This document shows positions 8,183 through 16,125 of a DNA stretch of 64,000 nt, piece by piece; within the stretch, counting starts at the first letter, position 1; every line of letters starts with the position of its first letter. Position numbers and translations under genes: made by a program. The DNA comes from Candidatus Brocadiia bacterium (lineage in GTDB: Bacteria; Planctomycetota; Brocadiia; CAIUPP01): assembly GCA_050015075.1 (NCBI GenBank), contig JBEKCB010000007.1, forward strand, positions 96,001 to 160,000. Direction: 5' to 3'. The notes below the pieces were generated by a model. It worked only from the letters and a program-made list of their open reading frames with translations, made no database searches and was not told where the DNA came from.

Positions 8183-10113
8183 CAACTGAGCGGCAGGCTC
8201 ACGCGCAGCGTGGTTCCTTTCCCCCGCTTGGAATCAATCAGGCAGGCGCCCCCGGCGTAAGTCACCATCTCCTGTATCACACGAAGGCCCATGTGCGATG
8301 TTTGCCGCACCTGGTTTTCGGACGGATCGAATCCCGTTCCGTTGTCACGCACAGTCAGTCTGACTTCCTTTTTCAACGCCCTGAGGCTCACGTCCACTCG
8401 TTTCGCCTCACCGTGCGTGATGGCGTTCGTCAGCGCCTCCTGCGCAATGCGAAACAGAATTGTGGCAGTGTCTCCGTCCACTCGCCTTCGTCCCAGGGTC
8501 TCTCTGAAATGAATTCGGGTCTGCCCGCACTCTGTAATCTGAGAGAAGTGCTGTCGCAAGGCGGCGGGCAGCCCGAGGACATCGAGTTCGGGCGGCCGAA
8601 GTTGAATGGCCAACCCCCTCAGGTGGCCCACCGACTCGTCAAACAGCTCCCGGATCCGCTTCGTCCACTTGAGCGCTTCCTCACTTTTCCCGCAGCGGAG
8701 CCCCTCGTCAATCGCGTCAAGGTGGGCTGCAATCCCCACCGCCAGTGAACCCACATCGTGGTGCAAGGCGGACGACACCTGCCTCCTCTCATTCTCTCGC
8801 ACGACCAGAAGTTCCCGGGCCAGCCTCCGGGTTTTCTCCTCCGCCCGCTTGCGCTCGGTGATATCCAGAAACGCGCCGACCGCGCCGCGCACCTTGCCTT
8901 CCGCGTCGAACAAGGGAACGGCGTCACCCACGGTGTCCACCGAGGTGCCGTCCTCGAACGCCAGCGTCATCTCAAAGTTCTTCACCGCCTTCCCGGTGGC
9001 CGCGGCGAGCTGAACGGGCAGTTCTTTGGGCCGCAACTCGCGCCCGTTCTTCAGGGCGCGAAACGTCCTGGGTCGCTCGCCGGGCGGCGCGCTCTTGGAA
9101 GTGTTCGCATCGTGGGGGAGCCGTAACACGCGCAGGGCGGCGTCGGAGCTGGTCATGCGCCGGCAGGCGGGGTCGTGTGCGATGAAGATGAGGGCGGGCG
9201 TCGCTGCCAGCAACGCCGCGAGTTCATCCGCGCGGGCGCGAGCTGAAGCCTCGTTCTCGCGCAACTCCTCTTCCATCCGTACTCGTTCGGTGACGTCGCG
9301 GATCACCATGCTGGTACGCAGTTCCCCATGCCATCCGGTGAAGTGCGCCGAAGAGACTTCACCGGGAAATTTCGTTCCGTCCTTGCGCATCAGGGTCAGT
9401 TCGCCACGGAACCGGCCCGTGCGAGCGCGTTCTTCCAAGGCCGTCGCCATGCGCGGGTCCAAGCCGTCAACGACGCCGCTCTGCCCAACCTGCATCAACT
9501 CCTGCTCGGATCGGCCAAACATGCGGCAGGCCGCCTCGTTGGCGGCCAGAATGCGGCCATCCTGCGCCGTCAGCAGCACCGCGTCCATGCTGGAGGTCAC
9601 GAACGAACGGTAGCATCCCTCGCTCTCCCGCAGCGCCCCCTCAGCCCGCTTGCGATCGGTGATATCCTGGAGGACGCCCGAAAGAATGTTGAACTCGCCG
9701 GACGCGTCGCGGACCGGCATGCCCCGCGTGTGGATATATCTCAGTTCCCCATCGGGCCGCCGGATGCGAAACTCGGCATCGAGGGCCTGCCCGCTTGCAA
9801 GTGCCGCCTCGATCTCCTGGTTGAGGCGCACCCGATCCTCGGGATGAACCAGCGCGAGAAAGTCATCGAGCGGGGGCGCCGCGCTCCCAGCCGGCAGACC
9901 GAACACATCGCAGACACCCGCCGACCAGAATGTCTTGCCGGTCCTGAAGTCGCGTTCCCAATGGCCGAGATGGGCCATTTTCTCCGCGGCGCGATAGCTG
10001 GCTTCACTCGCCCACAGCTCTTCTTCCACTCGCTTCCGTTCGGTGATGTTCTGCCCTTGCGCGATGGCGGATGCCGGGGCTTTTCCGTCCGGAGAAGGAT
10101 TGGATTCTGTCAT
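8122..10113 (-). CDS. Cytoplasmic multi-PAS sensor histidine kinase (HisKA_3 type)
   Basis: Three PAS/PAC repeats (QDITDRKRAE, RDVTERVRME, LDITERKRAE), ERRQVSSALHHDVG H-box, FRIAQEALTNA, DNGTGFD, GKGTT. Confidence 0.93.
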   Translation of the reverse strand: MTESNPSPDGKAPASAIAQGQNITERKRVEEELWASEASYRAAEKMAHLGHWERDFRTGKTFWSAGVCDVFGLPAGSAAPPLDDFLALVHPEDRVRLNQEIEAALASGQALDAEFRIRRPDGELRYIHTRGMPVRDASGEFNILSGVLQDITDRKRAEGALRESEGCYRSFVTSSMDAVLLTAQDGRILAANEAACRMFGRSEQELMQVGQSGVVDGLDPRMATALEERARTGRFRGELTLMRKDGTKFPGEVSSAHFTGWHGELRTSMVIRDVTERVRMEEELRENEASARARADELAALLAATPALIFIAHDPACRRMTSSDAALRVLRLPHDANTSKSAPPGERPRTFRALKNGRELRPKELPVQLAAATGKAVKNFEMTLAFEDGTSVDTVGDAVPLFDAEGKVRGAVGAFLDITERKRAEEKTRRLARELLVVRENERRQVSSALHHDVGSLAVGIAAHLDAIDEGLRCGKSEEALKWTKRIRELFDESVGHLRGLAIQLRPPELDVLGLPAALRQHFSQITECGQTRIHFRETLGRRRVDGDTATILFRIAQEALTNAITHGEAKRVDVSLRALKKEVRLTVRDNGTGFDPSENQVRQTSHMGLRVIQEMVTYAGGACLIDSKRGKGTTLRVSLPLSCGADGASGDGESAGSDDDGG

Positions 10114-10412
10114 GGTGCGACTCCCTTGATCCCCGGCTCTCACGTCCCGGCCTTCGCGTCCCACCTGATCCATGCATCGGACAGTGCATCATCACGACAA
10201 CAGCGCTTCGTGATAATAATCGGACATATCTGTGCAAATCTGAGGCAAAATCATGGTCCGCCGCGGCAAGAACGCTGCCTGGGGATGGAATCCCGGAGAT
10301 TGGGATAGAGTCGGATGGAGTCACAAAGGAGAGCGCTGGGCATGTGGCGGCAGGTGCGGAAGGGCCCGTGAATCAAGGAGGGAACGCGAATTCACGGGCA
10401 CAGAATCAACGG

Positions 10413-10497
10413 CGGAGGGAGAGGGATTCGAACCCCCGGAGCCTTTCGACTCAGCGGTTTTCAAGACCGCCGCCTTAAACCACTCGGCCATCCCTCC
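10413..10497 (-). tRNA. tRNA-Ser(TGA)
   Basis: GGAGGGATGGCCGAGTGGTTTAAGGC-GGCGGTC-TTGAAA-ACCGC, long variable arm, GGTTCGAATCC; CCA not encoded. Confidence 0.96.
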
Positions 10498-10503
10498 ACG
10501 ATC

Positions 10504-10594
10504 GAGTGCGGAGTGCGGAGTGTCGAGTGCGGAATGGAATCCGGTTCGGGCTTCGCCCGGACTCAGCGCGCTCCGCGCTCTGGACTCCTCGCTA
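10504..10594. repeat. Imperfect palindrome built from GAGTGCG heptamers
   Basis: (GAGTGCG)x4 at 10504-10534 facing a degenerate (CGCTCCG/GACTCCT)n arm at 10561-10594. Confidence 0.55.
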
Positions 10595-11047
10595 CTTCTC
10601 TTCCTCCTCGCCTTCCTCGTCGAGGTCTCTCGGCTCGCCGCCCAATTGCTCTTCGTCCTTGCTGACCTCCTCGAAGACTTTCTCCTCGACGAAGATCGGC
10701 GTGCCGAACTGGACGGAGATGGCGATGGCGTCGCTGGGCCGCGAGTCCACCTCCAGCGTGCGCCCGTTCTGCTCGAGGATGAGCGTGGCATAGAACGTGC
10801 GGTTGCGCATGTCGCTGACGATCGTGCGCTGGAGCGTTACGTTCAGGCCCTTGAGGATCGAGCAGATCAAGTCGTGCGTGAGCGGGCGCGGCGTCCGGTA
10901 CTCCTTGATGCCGCGGTCAATCGCCGTGGCTTCGTAGATGCCGATCAGGATGGGAAAGGCGCGCTGGCCCTGCTTTTCCTTGAGGACGATCACCTGCTGG
11001 TCGCTCCGCTCGTTGATGATGATCCGCGACAATTCCACTTCAACCAT
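10592..11047 (-). CDS. Bifunctional nuclease family protein (DUF151/BFN)
   Basis: FPILIGIYEATAI, PRPLTHDL, TFYATL, DSRPSDAIAI motifs. Confidence 0.92.
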   Translation of the reverse strand: MVEVELSRIIINERSDQQVIVLKEKQGQRAFPILIGIYEATAIDRGIKEYRTPRPLTHDLICSILKGLNVTLQRTIVSDMRNRTFYATLILEQNGRTLEVDSRPSDAIAISVQFGTPIFVEEKVFEEVSKDEEQLGGEPRDLDEEGEEEEK

Positions 11048-11232
11048 GATTTTCTCCGTCGCCTGGCCCGCGTTGGCCGCAGGCGGAAAAGGGAACGCGA
11101 CCGTCCGAGTCGCATTCTAGCACAAGCGCGCGGCGGGCGAAAGCGCGGGCGATTTGCCAAAAGGCGGCGCTTGCGCTATGCTGCGCGGCGCGGTGCGGCG
11201 AACGATTTTCGGGAGCGGGCTCGGAGGGCGTT

Positions 11233-11934
11233 TTGCATAGCGGCAGGGGACGGCTGATCGTTATCGAGGGTTCCGACGGGAGCGGCAAGGCGACGCAGAG
11301 CCGCGCGCTGGTCCGACGTCTGCGCGCCAGGGATGTCCCCGTCGCGCGCATCGCTTTTCCCGGCTACCGGCGCGGGTTCTTCGGCAGCATGGCCGGCGAG
11401 TACCTGCGGGGCGAGCTCGGCGTCGATGCGGACCCGCGCCTCGTTTCGCTGCTCTATGCCGGCGACCGATGGGAGGCGAAAGCGAAGATCGCGCGCTGGC
11501 TGGCCGAGGGCCGGGTGGTCGTCTGCGACCGCTATGTGGATTCGAACAAGGCGCACCAGGGCGCGCGGCTGCGAAGTGCTGCGTCGCGAGGAAGATTCCT
11601 CGACTGGGTGGACCGGCTGGAGTACGGGGTGTTCGGTCTTCCGAGGCCGGATTTCACGATCTTTCTTCACGTGCCACAACAGTTCGCGGACCGGCTGATT
11701 GCGCGCAAGGCGCCGCGCGCGTACCTGCGCGGGAAGCGGCGCGATATTCACGAGTCGGACCCCCGGCATCTGCGCGACGCCGAACGCATCTACCTGCAAC
11801 TGGCCTCGAGCCGTTCCGCGCGCCAGGGTGCGCTGATCAAGTGTACGGAGTCCGGCCGATTGCTCTCGAAGTCGCAGGTCGCGGACCGGGTCTGGCGCGC
11901 CATACTCCGCCGCGGATTGCTTTGTCGCCGCTGA
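11233..11934 (+). CDS. tmk: Thymidylate kinase
   Basis: IVIEGSDGSGKATQ P-loop, CDRY motif, LPRPD, DIHE. Confidence 0.9.
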   Translation: MHSGRGRLIVIEGSDGSGKATQSRALVRRLRARDVPVARIAFPGYRRGFFGSMAGEYLRGELGVDADPRLVSLLYAGDRWEAKAKIARWLAEGRVVVCDRYVDSNKAHQGARLRSAASRGRFLDWVDRLEYGVFGLPRPDFTIFLHVPQQFADRLIARKAPRAYLRGKRRDIHESDPRHLRDAERIYLQLASSRSARQGALIKCTESGRLLSKSQVADRVWRAILRRGLLCRR

Positions 11935-11954
11935 TAATAACGGAAAAAGTTTTT

Positions 11955-12107
11955 GCCACGGATTTCACGGATTTACACGGATTACCGGCGACGGACTGGA
12001 AAATGATTACAGCGGTTATTGCCCGTGTTCTTCTTCATCAGTATAATCTGTGACAAAATTCGGTCGTCGCCTTTCGGTAATCCGTGTAAATCCGTGAAAT
12101 CCGTGGC
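11955..12107. repeat. REP/MITE-like element with a perfect 33-bp inverted repeat
   Basis: GCCACGGATTTCACGGATTTACACGGATTACCG (11955-11987) and its exact reverse complement (12075-12107); partial copy at 12129-12142. Confidence 0.85.
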
Positions 12108-12169
12108 CAAGATTCCGTCGTAGTCGTTCGGTAATCCGTGGCGAACGTTCTTTTTCGCGAGGTGCGGCG

Positions 12170-13378
12170 ATGATGAACCGGCTGCTGTGGCTGGCGCAGT
12201 TGGGGTGCCTCTGCGCGCTGCTTTCCGGGTGTGCGCTAAGCGGCGGATCGGCCGAGCGCACGACCCGCGACATGCTGGACCCGGCGACTTCGCCCCGGCA
12301 AGAGATCCTGCTGCAAGAGCATTTGATCGCGCTCGCACCGGACTCCGACCGGTTCCTGGCCGAGGCGTTCTTCCCGATCGGGCTGTACGACGTGCCGGAG
12401 GAGGCGCTGCCGGAGGTCGCCGCGGCCGGGTTCAACACCGTGGTCAACGGCGGGAAGGATGCGTCGTACCTGGCGCGGGCGCAGGCGCTCGGGCTGCGCG
12501 TGATTCCTTACATTGACATGGCGCACATGGCAGCCGATGTCGCGAGCGCCGCCGGCCGGCGGACTCTGTTCGCGTGGTACCTGTTCGATGAGCCGGACCT
12601 CAACGCGCTTTCGGCGACGGCGTACTTGGAACTCGTGAAGCTCTTCCGCGCTGCCGAAAGCCGGCGGCCGCTTTTCCTGACGGTGCAGTCGCCGGACAAC
12701 TACGCGGATTACGCCGCCGGCTGCGACATCCTGGCGGTGGACCCCTATCCGATCCAGCACCTGGCGCCGGAGTTGAACGACCTGAGGCGCGTGCCGCAGT
12801 GGATCGAGGCCGCGCGCGCCGCGGCGGGTCCGAAGCCGGTCTGGGCGGTGATGCAGGCGTTCTTCGCCGCGCCGATGTGGCCGCGCAATCCGACTCCGCA
12901 GGAACTCCGCGCGATGGTCTTTATGGCGCTCAACCATCGCGCGAGCGGCATCGTCTTCTTCTCGTACAAGTCGGGCGACCGGCCGATCACGCAGCATGCG
13001 GACCTGTTCCCGGCGATCGAACGGCTGGTCGGAGAGATCAACGCGCTGCGCGGACCGCTGCTGGCGCCGCCGACGCCGGTGGACTTCAATGTGCAGGTGC
13101 TGGAGGAGCAGGTTCCGCCTGCGGCGCCGAAACCGCCGGAGGACCGCGCGCCGCTGGACTGCTCGCTGCGGACCTTCATGGACGCGCAGTTGTTCATCGC
13201 CGTGAACCCGGATTTCTGGAAGAAGACCACGCGGCTCTCGATGCCTCCGTCGGTCGTGGGAAAGTCCCTGGTAGAGATTTTCCCCGATTCGCCGACGCAA
13301 CCGCTGACCGTGCCGCGTACGCATCCGTTCGACATCACTTTCGAGCCATACCAGACGCGCATATTCTGGACTCGCTGA
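12170..13378 (+). CDS. Putative lipoprotein with a glycoside-hydrolase-like TIM barrel
   Basis: Lipobox LSGC; FFPIGLY, GFNTV, WYLFDEPD, DILAVDPYP, KPVWAVMQAF. Confidence 0.7.
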   Translation: MMNRLLWLAQLGCLCALLSGCALSGGSAERTTRDMLDPATSPRQEILLQEHLIALAPDSDRFLAEAFFPIGLYDVPEEALPEVAAAGFNTVVNGGKDASYLARAQALGLRVIPYIDMAHMAADVASAAGRRTLFAWYLFDEPDLNALSATAYLELVKLFRAAESRRPLFLTVQSPDNYADYAAGCDILAVDPYPIQHLAPELNDLRRVPQWIEAARAAAGPKPVWAVMQAFFAAPMWPRNPTPQELRAMVFMALNHRASGIVFFSYKSGDRPITQHADLFPAIERLVGEINALRGPLLAPPTPVDFNVQVLEEQVPPAAPKPPEDRAPLDCSLRTFMDAQLFIAVNPDFWKKTTRLSMPPSVVGKSLVEIFPDSPTQPLTVPRTHPFDITFEPYQTRIFWTR

Positions 13379-13565
13379 CCTTGCCGGGCGTCGCAAGCTG
13401 AGACGCGCAATATTCCGGCTTGCGACGTTTTGAACGGTTGGCGTTCCACTGCCGCGTCAGACATCTTCCGCACGCGATCTAACCGTTGACCTATCTACTC
13501 AATTTTCGGCGACTTGCGACACTGCTATTTCGGCGAGCATGGAATCAACGTCCAGCCGACAACAT

Positions 13566-13581
13566 TGGCATAATGTTTGCT
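13566..13581 (+). promoter_or_regulatory. Sigma54 (-24/-12) promoter
   Basis: TGGCAT-AATGT-TTGCT in an AT-richer intergenic region. Confidence 0.65.
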
Positions 13582-13591
13582 GTATGCCCAG

Positions 13592-13684
13592 TGCTATGTA
13601 GCAGGTTCTTGGAAACGGCGTGACGTCCGCCTGGGTTCCCCCATCCCAGGCATGACCCCGGCGTCACGCCGTCCTCCCTTTTCA
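13592..13684 (+). ncRNA. Candidate sigma54-dependent small structured RNA
   Basis: 13-bp outer stem ACGGCGTGACGTC/GGCGTCACGCCGT, inner stem GCCTGGG/CCCAGGC, then CCTCCCTTTT; no credible ORF. Confidence 0.4.
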
Positions 13685-13962
13685 GCGGCTTCCGGCGATC
13701 TGCCCTATCGCGCCAACGTCTCGTTCAGACGTTCGCGGACCGCGTCCTCGTCCTCGAATAGCCGTAACGAGCGGCCGAAAAACGACCGAGGCGAGCGCGC
13801 GCCCAACGCTCCGCGCAAAATTCCGGTTGCGGGACTTGACTCGCAGTGTCGGGCGGCGGTACATTCGAATAGAGTTGGGGCGGAGGCATGCGGGCGAATT
13901 TCAGCAACTGGGGTTGCCGGATTCCCGAATGAAGGGGCCCATTGATGGGAAGGATTCCTGCC

Positions 13963-14379
13963 ATGAGAAAGAGTTGGATTGTCGCCGCATTCTGCGCCGG
14001 CCTCGTCGTCCTCGCCGCCGGTTGCGCCTCGTCGTGGCACAAGGGACGCGTGCAGCCGATGCTCTCCGGCATTCTCGACGGCAAGACTTTTGTCGGCGAA
14101 GTCGGCGTCGCGGAGGCGCCCTCGACGCGCGACACGTTGACCTTCAAGGACGGCTACTTCCATTCGGCCGCCTGCGACCAGTTCCATTTCGGGAGCGGCG
14201 CGTACCTGGCCGTGGCGAGCGGCGACACGACGACGTTCCAGGCGATAACGCACAACCGGCAAGGCGCGGTGAATGTCTGGATGGGAACGGTCAAGGACAA
14301 CAAACTCGAAGGCACGGCGACGTTGTACGAGAAAGGCAAAGAGCCGTTCAAGCGCTGGGTGAGGGCAACGCTGCAGTAG
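13963..14379 (+). CDS. Small lipoprotein of unknown function
   Basis: MRKSWIVAAFCAGLVVLAAGC signal with lipobox; beta-rich domain containing FHSAACDQFHFG. Confidence 0.75.
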   Translation: MRKSWIVAAFCAGLVVLAAGCASSWHKGRVQPMLSGILDGKTFVGEVGVAEAPSTRDTLTFKDGYFHSAACDQFHFGSGAYLAVASGDTTTFQAITHNRQGAVNVWMGTVKDNKLEGTATLYEKGKEPFKRWVRATLQ

Positions 14380-14435
14380 CGTTGCAGTTCGGAGCGGGCT
14401 GAGGGACGTTTCATTTTTTTAGGGGGAAAGCGCAC

Positions 14436-14639
14436 ATGGCGAAGGGCAAGAAGCGGATGGTCAAAGCGCATGCGTTGGAGCAGTCGCACGCGGGTCACGC
14501 GAAGCACCTGTGCGACCTGGCGTCGCGCAAGCTGATGGACCAGGTGGCGGACCTGGCGAAGAACTCACAATACGTCTGCCACTTCTGCGGCCGCGCGGCG
14601 GCCAAACCGGGCAATCTCTGCGAGCCGATCAAAATCTAG
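14436..14639 (+). CDS. Small Cys/His-rich putative metal-binding protein (67 aa)
   Basis: HLC...YVCHFCGRAAAKPGNLCEP; purine-rich RBS; followed by a terminator. Confidence 0.75.
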   Translation: MAKGKKRMVKAHALEQSHAGHAKHLCDLASRKLMDQVADLAKNSQYVCHFCGRAAAKPGNLCEPIKI

Positions 14640-14652
14640 TCGGCCGGACCGA

Positions 14653-14692
14653 GCAGGGCGGAGTTGATTCAGCGACTCCGCCCTGTTTCTTC
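14653..14692 (+). terminator. Rho-independent terminator
   Basis: GCAGGGCGGAGTTG-ATTCAG-CGACTCCGCCCTGT followed by TTCTT. Confidence 0.7.
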
Positions 14693-14730
14693 CCAACCCC
14701 CAAAAGAGACGCCGCGCTCCGCAGCGCCCC

Positions 14731-14759
14731 TTGACAGTCCATCCGGCGTCCTCCATACT
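14731..14759 (+). promoter_or_regulatory. Sigma70 promoter
   Basis: TTGACA-17 nt-CATACT. Confidence 0.7.
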
Positions 14760-14914
14760 TTTATTAAAGGAGTCGTCAAGGGCGTCATGGCTCCGGGGTG
14801 GAAGCGCAAAGACGACTCCACAAGTGATTGTATCACAAGACGTTAGCCTGAAAGACGTTCAATCGCACCACTCCGGACCGGACGCATGAATGTCGTTGAT
14901 AGGAGGGCACAACC

Positions 14915-15427
14915 ATGGTCACAGAAATTGCCATGCTGCCGGTGATCCTGATGGGAGTTTCGTTCTTTGGCAGGGGTAAATCCGGAAGCTCGGCGGGCGA
15001 CAGTTCGTGTTCGTCGTGCGGCTCCAGCGAAAAGAACCTGCCCGATGAGGCCAGGGAATCGGTGAAGACACTCCATGAGAACGGCATCGGATTCCTGACG
15101 GCGGATCAACTTCAACAGAAGTTGCTGTCCGGCGCGCCGCCGATCGTGGTGGACGTGCTGCCCGCGGACAACTACCGTGAGTCGCACATCAAAGGCTCCG
15201 TCAACATCCCGTATGACCAGGTCGAGCAGTGGGCCTCGCGCCTGATTCCGGATATGAACGCCGAGGTGGTCGTCTATTGCGCGAACTACAAATGCCCGGC
15301 CAGCATTGAGGCGGGCAAGACGCTGAAACGGCTCGGTTACACCAACGTGCATGACTTCAAGGGCGGAATGAAGGAGTGGCTGGACCGGAAGTACACGGTC
15401 GAAGGTCATAAGGCTAAAGCGGCGTAG
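14915..15427 (+). CDS. Rhodanese-like domain protein
   Basis: VVDVLP...YRESHIKGSVNIP, VVYCANYKCPAS, FKGGMKEW; AGGAGG RBS. Confidence 0.88.
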   Translation: MVTEIAMLPVILMGVSFFGRGKSGSSAGDSSCSSCGSSEKNLPDEARESVKTLHENGIGFLTADQLQQKLLSGAPPIVVDVLPADNYRESHIKGSVNIPYDQVEQWASRLIPDMNAEVVVYCANYKCPASIEAGKTLKRLGYTNVHDFKGGMKEWLDRKYTVEGHKAKAA

Positions 15428-15607
15428 CAATTCCATCTGCGCCGGTCGGTTGTGCGGAGCGCCGCCCATCCGGCCGGCGTCGTCGTTGTAAGAAGTCGGC
15501 TTGATTTGCCGGCCGAATCACGATAATCTGAGCCAAACCGGGCTCGTCCTGGGACCCTTCGGTATCGTTTCAGGTTTCGAGCCCTTTCTCTCTCGTCGAG
15601 GAGCACC

Positions 15608-15901
15608 ATGTCCCCGTTTGAAATTCTCATGCTCGTCTGTTTCGGCGCCGCGTGGCCCTTCTCCATCGTCAAGGCGTATCGTTCCCGCGAGAACGGCGGC
15701 AAGAGCCTGCTGTTCCTCATCGTGATCTTCATCGGCTACCTGGCGGGCACGGCGAACAAGCTGTGGTACAAGCCCGACGCGGTCGCCGGAGTCGTTTACC
15801 TTTATATTCTGAACGGCATCATGGTCGCGGTGGACATCGCGATCCATTTCCGCAACCAGCAGTTCGCCGCGCAGCCCGACAAGGATTTTCTGGGCGAATA
15901 A
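15608..15901 (+). CDS. Small 3-TM PQ-loop/SemiSWEET-like membrane protein
   Basis: FEILMLVCFGAAWPFSI..AYRSR...GKSLLFL pattern; GAGGAG RBS. Confidence 0.75.
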   Translation: MSPFEILMLVCFGAAWPFSIVKAYRSRENGGKSLLFLIVIFIGYLAGTANKLWYKPDAVAGVVYLYILNGIMVAVDIAIHFRNQQFAAQPDKDFLGE

Positions 15902-15942
15902 CGCATCGTCGCCCGGTTCGCCGAGAGGATTAGGAGCAATCC

Positions 15943-16026
15943 ATGGCTGATCTCCTGTACGTGGGAATCGTCATCGCGTTCTTCGCGGTCACCATCGTCG
16001 GCCTCAAGGCGCTCGACCGGATTTAG
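15943..16026 (+). CDS. 27-aa hydrophobic micropeptide upstream of kdpF
   Basis: MADLLYVGIVIAFFAVTIVGLKALDRI; AGGAG RBS; below the ORF-track length cut-off. Confidence 0.7.
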   Translation: MADLLYVGIVIAFFAVTIVGLKALDRI

Positions 16027-16035
16027 GAAGAGACC

Positions 16036-16125
16036 ATGACCGCCATCCACGCCGTCTGCGGCGCCGTCGCGCTCGGGCTGCTCATCTACCTCTTCGTGGC
16101 GCTGCTGAAGCCGGAGAAATTCTGA
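16036..16125 (+). CDS. kdpF: K+-transporting ATPase subunit F
   Basis: MTAIHAVCGAVALGLLIYLFVALLKPEKF (YL..ALL.PE.F motif); TGA overlaps the kdpA ATG. Confidence 0.92.
   Translation: MTAIHAVCGAVALGLLIYLFVALLKPEKF

Noticed and set aside
11955-12142. CRISPR-like or coding interpretation of the CACGGATTT repeats
   Set aside because: The repeats are inverted, not direct and regularly spaced, and there are no cas genes; the overlapping ORFs merely translate the palindrome.
14769-14885. HDV-like ribozyme or 6S RNA
   Set aside because: There is no room for the HDV P3/L3/P1.1 core, and the length and central-bubble architecture do not fit 6S convincingly; kept only as an unknown structured leader.
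15430-15607. Possible c-di-AMP (ydaO/yuaA) riboswitch upstream of the kdp region
   Set aside because: Only a GCCGAATC fragment resembles the consensus; the GGGG..AAT and CCCG.CAGCTAAC elements are missing.
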